Positions 24,759-37,798 of a stretch of 44,894 nt of DNA are shown here, one piece after another. The notes under the pieces were generated by a model that saw nothing but the letters and a program-made list of their open reading frames with translations, had not been told where the DNA came from and searched no databases. A program made the translations under genes and the position numbers. How positions within the stretch are numbered: the first letter of the stretch is position 1; each line of letters begins with the position of its first letter. This DNA comes from Moniliella sp. 'wahieum' (Eukaryota). The DNA lies in the NCBI GenBank assembly GCA_003971905.1, contig RSEE01000157.1, positions 62,001-106,894 of the forward strand, read 5' to 3'.

Positions 24759-24797
24759 TTCAAGCTTCAAGCTTCAAGCTTCAAGCTTCAAGTTCAA
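24759..24797. repeat. (TTCAAGC)n heptamer tandem repeat
   Basis: cttcaagcttcaagcttcaagcttcaagcttcaagttcaa, the reverse complement of the unit at 10157. Confidence 0.85.
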
Positions 24798-25191
24798 GGG
24801 CCTCAGACTATCAAGGTCTCACTTATACTATTGTCCCCTTTTCTGACTGCGGCAATAGCGGCTGTGGCCAGCTGTGGCGAGGGAGACCCCAGACGCAAGG
24901 TAGGGTACAGAAGGGTACATAAGGGTACAGAAGAGCGATGCATGGTGTATCATGATGCATGATGTATAATGCATAATGTATGATCTGCCTGATCACGGAG
25001 AGGGCGCACCCTGCACCAGTAGGCACTTGATCTCCAAAAGCGTGGATGAGCTGATTTGTTGCCTCTGCCCAAAGCCCTAGGGCCTAGGCGCCGCCAAAGG
25101 CACCAAGCCCACCACTGACCACGACCCGTTTCCCCCTCTCGCCAAGCCAGTCCAAACGCCGCCTTGTGCTTCTCTTGCATCTCTCACGGCG

Positions 25192-26573
25192 ATGACGGAT
25201 GGCGTCGATGAGGCGCATGAGTGCGGTACACTCATCTTCGCCTCGGGATGATCCAGCAGCTGCCCTCGCTCTATCGCGCGTCTGAATTCGCCTCCTGTAG
25301 TTTTAATTACCGGGGGGCACAGCGATTGATCTGTGGCCGTCCCAATGGACTTCCCCCCATAACCACACCCAAACGAATCCGCCCCCTTTCGTGCATATGC
25401 TGCCTTCATCGCCCCCTCCGCCTCTACATCGTCCCACCACACTCTTGTCTTCCCGAACAAGCTCCAGTCGCCTCCTCTCCTCGACTCGTCCAATCTCGCC
25501 GTTGCTCTTGGATTATCTGGATGCGAGCGGGGTGCAACGCGCCATGTCCCGCCGCTCCAACCGGTCCGCCACTGTCACAACCTCGCCCTGGATTTCTCAA
25601 CCCCAAGTCCGCTTCCCAGAGGCAGAGGATGCGCCGCACAGCCCGGCTGTGACCAAGGAGCCGAGGCGAGCTCGGGCCATGACAACTCTCCAATGCTCTC
25701 GATAGGGCCATCTGCAATGCTGTTGGGCAGAGCAGCGAAAGGAATGGGAAGGAGGATGCGTTCGCGCCCCAGAGTGTGCCTCTGGAGGCTACCTCTTCCC
25801 CCCTTGGTCCATCTCACAGTACTGGGTACCATTGGGTTGGTCTGTTACGTCGCTTGCGCTTGGGATCCCATGGTGAGCGCTCCCACGCCTTGCATTCCCA
25901 ACCGATCCATCACCCGGACTCCCTTGGTCGTCCTTCTTCCGAAGATGGTGCCGACCCCGTGGATCCGCACACCTCTTCTTTCCTTGCCCGCCTTCGACCT
26001 TCCCATGGGAACCGTGCCGATGCAGGAAAAAAGTTTCCTTTGAGAGGGGCCAGCAGGCTCGGCTCGCGGTCTCCCGCCGAGGAGATTGGACCGCGTAGAA
26101 GCTCCTCTGCTGGAGCAAGGGGCGCTAGTACTTCAACGGAACCACCATTTGGAACGAATACCGTCCCAATGTCATCTTCGACTGGGACTCGTACATGGGT
26201 GCGCCCCGAGGGGAACGAGTGGCTGTACGTCCACCAAGGTCTGTTGCACGAGCAGTGTCTCTCTTCACTCTCCTTTCCCTTGGTGGCCGAGCGCGTAGAT
26301 AGCGCTTTGGACCTAATGGGGGTGGAGACCCAAATGACCCCGGCCCATCCGTATGTGTGGCTAGCCCGCTGGCATGCCGCACCTACCCCCAAGGGGTCGA
26401 CTTGTGACTGGAAGGGAACTGTGGTCTTTTCCATTGAGCTCACTCGGGTCGCCAAGGTGCCTGGCTTGGCCAGCGTCGATCTCAAGCGAATTGCGGGTGC
26501 AGAGGAGGTGTACGACCGGGTTTACCATACTTTTTTTCGGCTGTGCGACTTGACTACAGACCCTTCCGTTTGA
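25192..26573 (+). CDS. Ser/Pro/Arg-rich protein with C-terminal KA1 (kinase-associated 1)-like domain
   Basis: C-terminus VVFSIELTRVAKVPGLASVDLKRIAGAEEVYDRVYHTFFRL resembles the KA1 pattern (F.iE+.++...l..+d+kR+.G....Y). The low-complexity N-terminal part spans frameshifted frames, so the start is uncertain. Confidence 0.55.
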
Positions 26574-27631
26574 CATGGGATTGTTACTGGGGAGGCTGGA
26601 CTGTCATGGACGGCTATATCTCCTAGTCATCCACCAAGTCCAGCAATGAACTGGGATTCAATCAAAGTTGACTCTCTACCCTTTTCTCATTGAAGAGCCC
26701 AGATGAAGTGTTTTACGATCAAATTCAAGCTTGATGGACCTTGTTCCTTGGACGCCACGAGTATCTTTCAGTGGCGCTGCAGCGCGCCTTGTGTTTTTTG
26801 GAACGAAGTTCTAGTGTATTGTGAAATGTGGGTTATCTCCCCTGTACCTCTCTTTCGACATCATTCATGACCGATTTATACGCAGTTAGCAGGAGTGCCT
26901 GATGCTTACCCCGACGTTGCGCAACAGCCGGCGTGCGCGTGCGATGAGCGAGTCCCGCACCAATCTAGACCGCGTGAGATTTTGCCAGTAGGTCTGTGAC
27001 TTTGTGGGGACCACACTCATTCTACAGCGGGTGTGCGTTACGAGACAGTGCACCGTCTCCTCTCCCCTTCTGCCTGATGGCTTTCTCGCCACTGTCTTTT
27101 GGTTAAGACTGAGCAGTTAAGGAGGGAGATGATCACGAGACTACTGCCAGTTCTCCTTTTGCTCCTCATCCTTCCCACATCGCATACCCCATTTCGACAA
27201 AACTTATAATGCTTCTGCATTGCTGGTCTGTTCGATGCTCAATCCCCCTTAGAAGCATCAGCTCGGGTTTAGCTTTCTTCCTCAGTCCTTTCCATTCAAC
27301 GCGTTGAGTCCAACTCCTCTCTACCTGATGGGGCCGCGATCGCGCTTACAAAGGCGGATGCGGAGGCGACGTCCTACATGTCACACGCCGCACACTGTGG
27401 TCTGGTGACGACTAAGCTTCACTCGTACCAGAACCACTGCTTGCGCTAGGAGAGGCAAAGCTCACCCAAGAGGGGGGCAAAATGCTGAGGCATAAATGGA
27501 GCACGGGGGACATGGGCGGACAAGAAGTGTAGAGTACAGAGCCCAATCAGTGCCAGCCTTTGCTCCCATACCGACGTGGAGAGTGGGTGAGCGGGGCATG
27601 AGGTGGGGAGGAGGAGGGGGGTGCATGGCTC

Positions 27632-30600
27632 CTACTGCCCCTGGGCGGGGACCGATGACGGGAACGGATACGACATGGCGAGGGTACTCTTGATGTTGTC
27701 CAGGATGCGCGAAATCTCACCTGGCACAGGTACCTGCAGCGTGGTTGGTGGTGCGCGCAGCAGTCGGGCCATGGTGTACAGCGTCCCCCAAGGATGCGGG
27801 CGCATGACCACGATCCGCTCGAGCAGAACGCGAAGGATCTGGCCTTGCACCTGGGAAGGTACCTCTGAGTCCTCGGGGACCAGACCAGCGGGGGCAGCAA
27901 ATAAGTGGACCAACACCGTCGATGCAAACTGCATCGACGCACAGGGGAAGCGTAGCTGATTGGCCAGCGCAGAGAGGAGGAGGTAGGAGCGATGCGGTCC
28001 GAGCTGGCCAAGAGTGAGCTCACCAGTTCACTGGCCTTGATTGTTGCCTCATCAGGGGCTCAGCCACACGCTGGCCCAGAGCTTGCGCCAATGCATTGAG
28101 AATGGGTTGAGCGACCATGAGGGCTTGCTCCTCTTCCTGCTCTTCGGTCTCGGCAGGAGTGAGAGTCGTGATGCTGACAACATGAGCGACAATCGTACCG
28201 AGCGAGGCAGGGGAGGGGGCGGTAAAGTAATTAGCAAGGAGTGCGCTGACCTTAGCCCAAACAGGACTCGCATTGGCCTCGAGCGTCGCGGGGGCCGAAG
28301 CTGGTTCCAATCTCGCTTCGGGGAGCAGGGCCAGGTCAACAGCCGGGTCGAGTGGGTCGGGAAGGCGGAGTTGGCGCGGGTAGGCACAGAGAAGGATGTT
28401 GCGCAACTGGATAAACTCGCGCGGGATCAGGTCGCAGAGAGGGAGAGCATAAAAGGCAAGGAACTCTGGGAAATCGTGCAGGAGCAACATAAAGATCCGG
28501 ATCGCACCCAGATAGATTGACTGGGTCGTCTCCGTTCCCGCACCAACACGGCGTACGAGGGCAATGAGGCGAACTTGGGCCTGTAGGAGGGGTAAAAGGC
28601 GTCCCACCTTGACCGTCGGGAGCAGAGAGAAGATGAGGAAGGAAGGCGCGATGCGAGATGAGTGACATCCAAGCATGGGTGTAACCCGCGAAGAGACTTG
28701 GCTGTAGTGCCAATAACTCTGTGCGACCGCAACCAAGCAGGATACGTATCGGCTACCCAGCATAGGCGAGCTTTGGTGGAGGAGATGAAGAATGGAGCTG
28801 AACAGCGGAAGAACGTCTTGCCCGCCTCAGGTTGCGGGTGCACATCCACAAACACCAGCACGATCACCAGCAGCATCTTGTGCAGTAAATCCCTGGTTGC
28901 CCGAATGGAACGTGGTGAGCAGCACCACCAACTGGGCCAAGGCATCGAGGGGGGTGTAGGCCGTCATGCTTTGCCCAGCGCCCAAGCGAGTTTGAAGAGC
29001 ATGGCCCTTGATACATTCATGGGTGCAGACGCGAAGGAAGAATGCCGTGTTAGCTTCGCTCTTGAGGACGTCTGCCGCCTGCGCACGGTCGACAAACTCG
29101 AGGAAGGCTTTGTCCACATTAACCGCCTCTCAAATGCCAGCACCCACTGGCCAAACCAATCTGCCAACACGTCTCGCACCGCCGGATCATCCAACGAAGC
29201 CGCCTCACCGACATGCTGCCAAAGACCGTCATGCAGAACAGACTTAACACTAACAGAGAAACACGTCAATACACAGTCCACAAATACGGCAAAAAACGTA
29301 CGAGTCGCTCGCCTGTCCAGCCTCCGACGTGGCACGAAGCATGGTGATAATGTGTCGCAGTTGGGTACGCGTAGCAACCGACTTGGTCGCTTCCTGGACA
29401 AACGCGGCGTTCATCTCAGCCTTGTCCGCGCCAGATTGAGCCCACTGAGCATCCACTTCGCCCACCCGCACCAGCTGTTCCTCAACCAAGGCAATCATGC
29501 AGGAACGTGCCGCACGTCCCACTGGCCATCGCCATAAACCAACCAAGCTGCCACCTCGCCTTGGGCGGGGGGCGACAGGGCACACAGGCGCTGAAGAAGG
29601 GTGATGAGCGAGTTTAGCGCCAGCAGTTCCTGCGCCGGCGTTCTATCTTCCCCTGTTGCCCAAAGAAGCGCAACCACTTTCGAGGCAAACAAGAGTGCCG
29701 TTTCGTCCTTGCGTGGCTGCTGCCGCACCAGTTCGATGACCGAGAGCAGCAGCGCCGGCAGTTCGCTGTCCGGCGGCAGCTGGTCCAGAGCTGTGGCCTC
29801 TGCTCCGTCGGCGGTACGGGCAAGGCGGACGACGCGGTCAAAGTCGGGACCGAAGCGGTTGAAGAGCTGCAAGGCAAACGAGCCATCTGCTGGACGAGGA
29901 CGTGAGACAGAAGAACGCCAAAGTCGTCGTAAACCCGTAGCTGAGCGGGGGAGAGACCATCAGCGCTGAGACGAAGCAAGTCCGGCAAAGCTGAAGCATA
30001 CGCAATATGCACGCTTTGCTCAGGATCGGCAAAAGGTCCCGGTGCGTTGCGTGCAGCCAAATGCGGAGCCAGAATGACATCCAGGTCCGCCACAGCCTTC
30101 TGCTGCGCAGCCCTCTCAACCATTTTGCTCGCCATGTCGACGTTCTCGTTCATAAGGCTCGCCAGGGCCTCGACAGGAAGCGAGGCTTCGCTGAACCCGC
30201 CATCGAGGAAAATCATGTGGGCATGCTGGACCATCGACGTGCGGAGCGGGTCCTTGGATGTCACATACGCAATCGACCCTACTACGTCTTTGACCATCTG
30301 GTGCGCAGCGTGAGATAGCTTGGCCGAGTCGGACTCGAGAGCAAAGTCTTTGAGGACCAGCTCCTTGGTCGATAAGTTGCCAATCGTTGCCGAGCGCTCC
30401 ACAACGGGGGGAGCAATGTCCCGCACGGCACGCTCAATCGCAACACACAGCATGCGTTTCAGGGTCGCGTTGGTCGCAAACAAGCTTAGAGTCGGAGGGA
30501 TGACAATCAACTCGGGGAGGGAGGCGAGCATGCTTTGCAGCAGCCAGAGTAGGGCATGGCTTCCTGGCCCATTGCAGGCTCCGGGACAGGTTCGACTCCC

Positions 30601-33600
30601 TCGGCCGATGCGGGGACAAGTGCTTCCTCTTCGGCGCCATTATTCAAAAGCGAAGTAGGCTCCACCTCGGCCATATTGATCTCGAGAGTTTTGCACATGA
30701 CTTCAATCTCAAACTTGAGATTGAGTTTGAGGCCCGCATAGTGGTAGAGTTCGACGAGCAAGGCCAGCACCGCTGCCAGCCAAGGGTTGGGCAACTTGAA
30801 TACATCGCTCGTTTTGCACTGTTCCAAGACCTTGCACACGAACGGAATGGCCGCAATAAGGCGACCCGACTTGTACCCTTGTAGCAGCAGCTCCTTGAAG
30901 GCAATGTTGCGGTGCTTGATGGGAATGTTGCGGGCGAGGGTCAAGCTGCCGAGCCACGAGGCCAAGTTTTTGAGTAAGGTTCGTTCCGAAGAGGAGGTCA
31001 AAGTCGTCTCATTGTTGAGTAGCGTCTTAATCTTGACCATCGATTCACGCAAAATGTACCGCATCAGACGCGGGCCGCCCTCAATTCCCTCAATCAGCGA
31101 TGCATAAAGCGAGTGGTTATTGGGCTCGATCGAGACACGTTGGAGAACAAGATAGTGGGCAAACCAATTGTACAGCTCTGGGGAAATTAGTGCCTTGGCG
31201 TCCCCCAGTTTAGTATCGAGGTTGGACTTGGACAGGTTGTTGACCAAAAAGAGAATCTTGTCGCTCACATCCTCCGACGGTTCCTCCTGATCCTCCTTGT
31301 CGTCCAATTCATCCGGGTGAATGGCCGTGAACGGCTCAGAGATAATAGCCTGGGTCACGGCGCGCACCGGTCCATCCTCCCCGGTCGTTGTCGGCTCGGT
31401 TAGCCCACCATCAGAGCGATTAGCTGAGACATGCTGCGCTTCTTGAATCATGCGCACAACGTCCGGTCTACCCTGGGCAATGGCTGGGATGGAAAGAAGA
31501 GCTTGAGAAAGCGGGGGCCACTCGGACAGACGCCGAGTAAAGTTTTGAAGTGCTTGAATTCCAAACGTAAACAACGGCGAAGACGGCGGCTTGCGCAATG
31601 CGTCAAGCACATAGCGGATCGCAATACCAAGCGGGATGTAGTCCACAAGTTCCTCATTGATAATCTGACCAAAGACGGTGGCAGCAATGCCCAGTTCGCG
31701 TGGGGGGTAGTCGCGTTCAAAGCAGCGGTACTCATCAAAGAGAGTGTGCACCAGACAGGCAAACAGCTGCTTCTGCCTAGGGTTATCACTTTCCTTCGTC
31801 CGCTTGAGGAGCGCAATCATTTCCTCCACTTTCATCTGGCCCGAATACAGAGTGCGGTAATAGTCATCCGCCTCAGCTTGTATGTCGGATGGGAAGGACG
31901 CAACTTGCAGCCCAGGCTCCATGTTCTCACTGCCCGGAACGAGGTTCATCAGCCGCGGATGAACCTGGAGACAGACGTTACGGACTGACTTGAACGAGTC
32001 AATCTCGTCCTCACTCATCTCGTCCCCATGCGAGCGCAAGGCATAAAGAAAGGCGGCTACCGTCGACGGTGTGAGCGAGGTGATATGGTTATTGGCGCTT
32101 TTGCCCGCCAACTCGTCTTGGGCCTTGCGCTCGAGAAAGTCGAGCGCAGCTCGGACAAAGGCATGCGGTTGGGCTGCGATGCCCTGATCGAGCCACTTAG
32201 AGATATCCTGCCGTCCGTCCCGATCAGCCAGGTTGGCGAGCTCAAATACCAGTGCCACTTCGGCCGCCGGTGTGGAGGCTGTGATTAAGGTCGAGTCCGT
32301 GGTCTGCGATAGAAGCCCGAGCTCGTTGAGTACCGAAAAGATACGAGGCAAGATGGCCGGCTGCGTCGCTGCGGTGCTTGCCAGTGCATGTATGGCAAAC
32401 ATAGGATCATGCCGAAAGAGATAGCAGAGGGCGAGCTCAACATTGGACTGGAACGTCGAAAGCAACACACTGACCAATTGGAGACAAAAGTTGGTGTGAA
32501 TCTCCGGCCAGGGTCGCGGGACTTGACTAAAGCCGATCAGCATCAATTCAGCGTTCTGCTTGACGGCCTTGTCGAGCAAGTCTGTTACGACAACGCGCAA
32601 TGTCGTATTCTCCAAGCGCAACCCGGCTGAGAGCAGGTTAGCCACGTCTTGGTTGTTCCAGCGCGATCCGACAACCTGGCGTGCTTGGGCTTGAAGCGTC
32701 GCTGAAACCGTCTCCAAACCATCCTCCTTTGGGGAGCTAGTCTCATTCTGCGCTCCAGAAGGCAGTGGTAACGTTTCGGGGTTGACGATTTGGTTTAGAA
32801 CCCATGTCGACATGTCGAACGTTGGTGGCTCGAGCATTAGCAGCCACGGATGAGCAGAAGCTGGGCCAAGGGGTGGCGCCATGTGTAGTCCCACAGTGCG
32901 TCCAACACGGAGGGATGGGCAAGTCTGCGCGCATGGCTGGCAATGACAGCCAGACCATAGGTCTGCTCCGCGTCAGGTTGGGTGGCTGGGGTGGCGAGTT
33001 CGTCAAACAGACCGACCACGCGGGGCCAGTTGATGTTGGCGTTTAGCGTGCCGATGCATGGCCCCAGGCTGGGCCAATGGACAGCGTACTTGTTTTCAGC
33101 CACCGACCCGGAGGTTCGACGGGCTCACAGAGCAGCGCAAGAAGCAGCTGCGCGATGGCCCGATCGTCGGGCGGGGAGGTGTGGGTGAACTGGAAGACGC
33201 AAGCGCAGCATGGAAGACGGGGACGGATTGGGTAGAGAGGGGTCCAATGCTGGCCAGGATATCTGCGGCGGTGCGTGTCTGCATGAGGCTAAGCGAGAGT
33301 CAGGAGGGAAGCGCAAGGGCCAACGGCAGGCAACGTACCGCAGATGGGGGAGTGCTTGGGTCAGGGCCTGGGCAGCGAGGTCGGCACCGACGTGCTCAAT
33401 GGCAGCGCGGACGAACGCACGCTGAAAGAGACGGGCCAGGCCGGGGCGTCGGGGGCAGCGTCGGAGAGGACGGTGGTGAGCAGGGCGGAGAGGGCGCTGA
33501 GCGCGGGTTGGGTCTGGGCCGGCGGGGGCGGGGAGGCGGCGAGGGCGAGGGGAGGGACCTGCTGGTGGAGGGCGGCGAGGGCGGAGGCAAACATGCGGTT

Positions 33601-33666
33601 GTCGGGAGAGGCGGCCGAGTCGCCAGCGGCGGCGGCTCGGCGGGAGAGCGCGCCGCCGGCGCGCAT
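27632..33666 (-). CDS. NOT1: CCR4-NOT scaffold subunit Not1
   Basis: CLQVHPRLMN, FACLVHTLFDEY...YPPREL, DKILFLVNNLS, YLVLQRVSIEPNNHSLY, SSERTLLKNLASWLG, LKLNLKFEIEV, PPVVERSATI, LLLHDFPEFL, IQLRNILLCAYP, RVLLERIVVMRPHPWG. Several frameshifts; start uncertain. Confidence 0.95.
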
Positions 33667-33913
33667 GGCACAGACGACGGGCGGAGGAGGTGGTGGTGGG
33701 GCGCAGCCGGCGGGCGCGGTGGGCGCGGCGCGGAGGGCGGCCGCGTTGCCCAACCCTAGCATCGGCCGGTCTGGATCCAATCTGGAATGGTCTACGTCAG
33801 CGCTTCCGCCGCATGGAGGCGCGCTCTGCCTGCGCGATCATTAAGGTGATCTACCTTCCGTCTCTCCCTCCCATCTGTCTACACAGCTAGATACAATGGG
33901 GTATCGGCATTGC

Positions 33914-35264
33914 CTAGCTCCCGGGCACATGACAGAGCCACACCAGCACGCTCGGCACCCCCACGCGGCCAGCGCCATGAGCAGCAGCCGTAGCCAAGGG
34001 CGCAGCAGGCGGTGGCGCTCGGACCTGGCCACACCGGCAGAGCGAAAGTGGGCAGGGTGTGAGCGGGAGCGGGCGTGCGCATGTGCTTCTCGACCCGCAG
34101 CAGCCAAGGGTAAGTGCATCGAGCGAGTTCGCCGCATCCGACGGCGTGGTCGTGCAGGGGAGCATGGCGGAAATGGCGGCACGCGACTAGCTTGGTCAAA
34201 AAGGATGGTCGAGTCGTGGAGGTTGCGCACCGACACATACAGCATGCCCGCCACGATCGTCCGTCCCACCGCAGGCACCTGGGTTCCAGCGGGAAACACT
34301 GCCCCGGCCAGCCACCCTACAAGCACGAAAGGCACAGCCCATATGAGCGGCATAAAGAGTGGAGGACGGCCAAGTCGAATGCCAAGCAACAAGGCGGCGC
34401 TCGTGCTCAGCGATATGGCCGGAACGAGAGGCAGGAACGAAGCCAGAGCCAATCTGAAAGGCACAGTGGCACATGTAAACGGCTGCACTGAGCACAACAC
34501 TTGGTCGGATATGAGCCGGGTCCACCGGCACGAGGAGGCAGTACAAGGTCGAGTACGTCCGAGTAGCCGCCCAGCGGGAGAGAAGGACATGCCATCGTGA
34601 TGGCTGGCGCCGCTTAGCACGAGGTGGACGGAATTGCTGGGGGCGACGGGTGCGAAGATGCGGCTGTGTGTGTTGACTCCCGCGTTCTTCTTCTTCGGCC
34701 CCGCTCGATTCATCCGCATCATCCGCATCCCACTCGGCCAACTCGTGAGACTCGGGATGGCCCGAGACCAGGGGGCGGGAGACCGGAGCAGGATGGGGAT
34801 CGGCGGGCACTTCAAAGTCGTGCACCGTGACTTCAAGAGGAGCGTACCCCTGTTCCTGCGCCATAGGCAGGGGAAGAGCCGCGATAACACTGTCGAAAAT
34901 CCATAGCAGGAAGACGCCGAGCAAGAGCAGGCGCCAAAGAGGCCGGCGCGAGCTTCTTGGAGTTCGTGCTCTTCGTGGCTGGAAGAAGAAGGGGAGGAGG
35001 AGAGGAAGAGGAGGAAGACAAAGTGGAGCTGCTGCTGTGCGTGTGGCCCAGAGCAGGATGCGCACTGGCGACGAGCACATGCGCGGCAGCAGGCGCCGCG
35101 AGGCCGAGACTGAGGCCGAGAAGCGCTGCGCTGGCAGCAGCGTCGAGGAGCAGCGCAGCAGCAGCGGGGCTGGCGCGCGCGACGAGGAGGGCAGCGGTGC
35201 TGGAGCCCAGCACAGCGACGCCAGCGCCAGCAACACGCACTGCAGCGGCCAGGGCCCAGGCCAT
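33914..35264 (-). CDS. Hypothetical multi-pass membrane protein (frameshifted)
   Basis: Hydrophobic segments (MAWALAAAVRVAGAGVAVLG..., LLLLGVFLLWIFDSVIAALP, LIWAVPFVLVGWLAGAVF) flank an acidic loop (EWDADDADESSGAEEEE). Divergent from THP3; family not recognised. Confidence 0.5.
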
Positions 35265-35363
35265 GGAATCAAGCAGCCATGGGATGATGGGTGGCTCAGC
35301 CGTCGAAACCAGCCCACCCGCCCCGTTGCCGTGGCCGTGTCCGTCGCGGAAACGCCCCGCCGC

Positions 35364-37004
35364 CATGGTGTCCGCCTGGGCTGCCGACGGGCCCATCCAT
35401 TCCGCCACGGCACGGTGCAACCCGCCGACTCCGCCCCTGCGATTTAATCGGCTGCGCCCGCCTCGGTCCGCTGTCAGCACCACAGGCACCCACCCACTGC
35501 ACCACCACCACCACCCCAACCACCCCCACCCTCCCTCGTCGCCACCACACCATGGGCGCATGGCCCGAATCTCTCAAGTGCGTCTGCTGTCTCCCCTGTG
35601 CGTCGGCGAGCTGATCTGCCGCCCGGTGCTGACCCCCCGCCCCCGAAGAAAGTACGCCAGACGCGTCTTCGAGCTGGCCGACGACTCGAACCGCGATGCG
35701 GTCAGCGAAGAGCTGCGCCAGATCGTGTTCGCCGCCCACAGCAGCCAGACGATCCATAGCACCGACTGGGAACAGGCCCCGCTTCCTAAGTCTCTCCAGC
35801 CTGCGCCCACACCCCTCAAACGCAAGGCGTTGCGAGGCGTGCCTAAACTGACCCCTGAAGAACAAGCCGCGACAAGCGCGCCCGCCGATTCGAAGCTGCC
35901 CCTGACCCGCTCCTTCCACCGCTCTCGTCCTCTTGACCGCATCCGCGGCCCCTCCTAGAAAACGATTTGGCCAACCATCTTCAGCCCCAGCTTTTGTCCC
36001 GGCCCAGCACGCCTTTGGGGCGCGCCCGATGGCTTACGGTGCCCCGGCTGCCGTTCTTCCCCGTGCGCCGGCCTTTGTCGATGCCGAAGTGGAAGACCCC
36101 AATGTTATTGATTGGGACAAGGACACTTTGTGGGCACCAGTACAGCACTCGAAAAACCATATTTGCGCCTCACCTCGGCCCCTGACCCCCGAACAGTGCG
36201 CCCACTGCCCGTGTTGGAGCAGACGTTGGCCCTGCTAAGAAGAAGTGGCGGGCTGAACACAATTATGCTTACATTTGTGACCAGTTCAAGAGTTTGCGAC
36301 AGGATTTGACGGTACGTCTCTTTTGCTACTGTCGCGGCGGTGGAACTAACTGGGTGGGGTATGAGGAATAGGTGCAACGGATCAAGAACCCATTTACGGT
36401 CCAAGTATACGAGATTCACGCCCGTATTGCCCTTGAGAAGGGCGACTTGGGCGAGTACAATCAGTGTCAATCCCAACTCCTCGTGCTGTATGAGTTGGGG
36501 ATCCCCGGCCGAGTCAGCGAGTTCACGGCATACAGGATTCTCTATTTGCTCCACACGGGCAACCGCAGAGAACTCAATGCGCTTCTGCCGGATCTCCAGC
36601 GCCCAGTGAGCTTCCAGCCTGGCGCCCACAAGAGGAAAGATGACGCGGCAGTGCAGCATGCGTTAGGGGTACGTAGGGCATTGCTAACGGGGGACTACCA
36701 TGCCTTCTTTTCCCTCTACACCCTCTGCGCCCAACATGAATGCCTACATTATGGATCACTTCTCCGATCGAGAACGCACGCGAGCGCTCCTCACGCTCGC
36801 CCGAGCCTACCGTCCCAGCTTGCCCCTTTCCTTTGTCCAGGATGAACTAGCCTTCCAGTCTTCCCAGGAGGTCATGGAATTCCTCCATTCTGTACAGGCC
36901 GACCTGTATGCAGGAGAGGGCAAGTGGGACACGCGGGCTGCTCTGCCTTTTCTCTGACTGCCGCCGAAAAGCTCAAGAGGGTAGACATCAAGGGTCAGCT
37001 GTAG
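35364..37004 (+). CDS. THP3: SAC3/GANP/THP3 (LENG8-like) PCI-domain protein
   Basis: WPESLK-intron-KYARRVF, VGTSTALEKPYLRLTSAPDPRTVRPLPVL, YICDQFKSLRQDLT-intron-VQRIKNPFTVQVYEIHARIALEKGDLGEYNQCQSQL, C-terminal RVDIKGQL-stop. Start uncertain. Confidence 0.9.
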
Positions 37005-37099
37005 GCGGTTATCTGTGTTCCCCTCCCCATCCCATCGCATTTCCCCTTTCTCCCCTCTCCTTCTCCCTCTCCTTCTCCCTCCCCGTATTTTTTTCTTTT

Positions 37100-37590
37100 T
37101 TGAACAGGTTGCCCGTCGCTCTTCGCCTGAGTGCTGACCAATGCCCAAGTCGGCTCCTCTCCAAGACGGATGATCGATGACAGAAGTAACTTGGTATGGC
37201 ACGGGACAAGCACTTTCGCCAAGGCAGCCAAGAGTAACGTTTCCACAGCAATAGCTCAACATACCGCCGGCGGCCCGGCAACGCCTCTCAACATTCCACT
37301 GTCGCCCCAAATGGGGAGGTTCCGTTACTTGTTGCTCTCCGTTGGGTCGACATTTTTCATGATCGTGGTGTCATTGGCCAGTCTCGTTAGCTTATTCATT
37401 CTTCCGAATTCATCGCCCTTTTTCTCCCGTTCTTGGTCCCAATCCACCTATAGGCCCGACACGTTGACCGTGCATTGTAGCCAGTGACTAGTGACTGCCG
37501 GTTGTGCTCCTCTTACATTGGTGTGTGGTACTCGTGCTGGTCACACAAGGGACTAGGCCACAAAGTGGAGCGATGGGGGCGAAACTGCAC
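37100..37590 (-). other. Candidate structured, possibly spliced non-coding transcript (unassigned)
   Basis: Several nested stems whose G-U pairs work only on the minus strand; GTAAGA donor (37516-37511) and GCTAAC branch (37391-37386); the RPL18-type promoter motif lies immediately upstream. Confidence 0.3.
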
Positions 37591-37599
37591 AGTTTTTTG

Positions 37600-37616
37600 G
37601 CAGAGTAGGGTTGCCG
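37600..37616. promoter_or_regulatory. 17-bp motif GCAGAGTAGGGTTGCCG, second copy
   Basis: Identical to 5543-5559; ~185 bp upstream of THR1. Confidence 0.55.
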
Positions 37617-37798
37617 CTTACCAGCTGGGTTTTGAGTAAAAGTTTTCTTTTTCGCTGTGGGCCGGTCGGAGCAGCGGACAAAAAAGATCATCGATCGAGG
37701 ACGATTGTCCGCTCCTTGTCCGTTCCGGTGGGTGGCCAGTCAGAAGTTTTTCTCCATCAGCACCTCCTTCCCTTTCCTTCCCCACCAGCTCCTCCCCC

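Noticed and set aside
4810..37004. Frameshifts in RPL18, PTR2, MFS, UFE1, NOT1 and THP3 read as pseudogenisation or programmed frameshifting
   Set aside because: They are scattered single-base losses, often in short runs, in essential genes whose conserved residues are intact. Unpolished long-read error is the simplest explanation; short-read polishing would confirm it.
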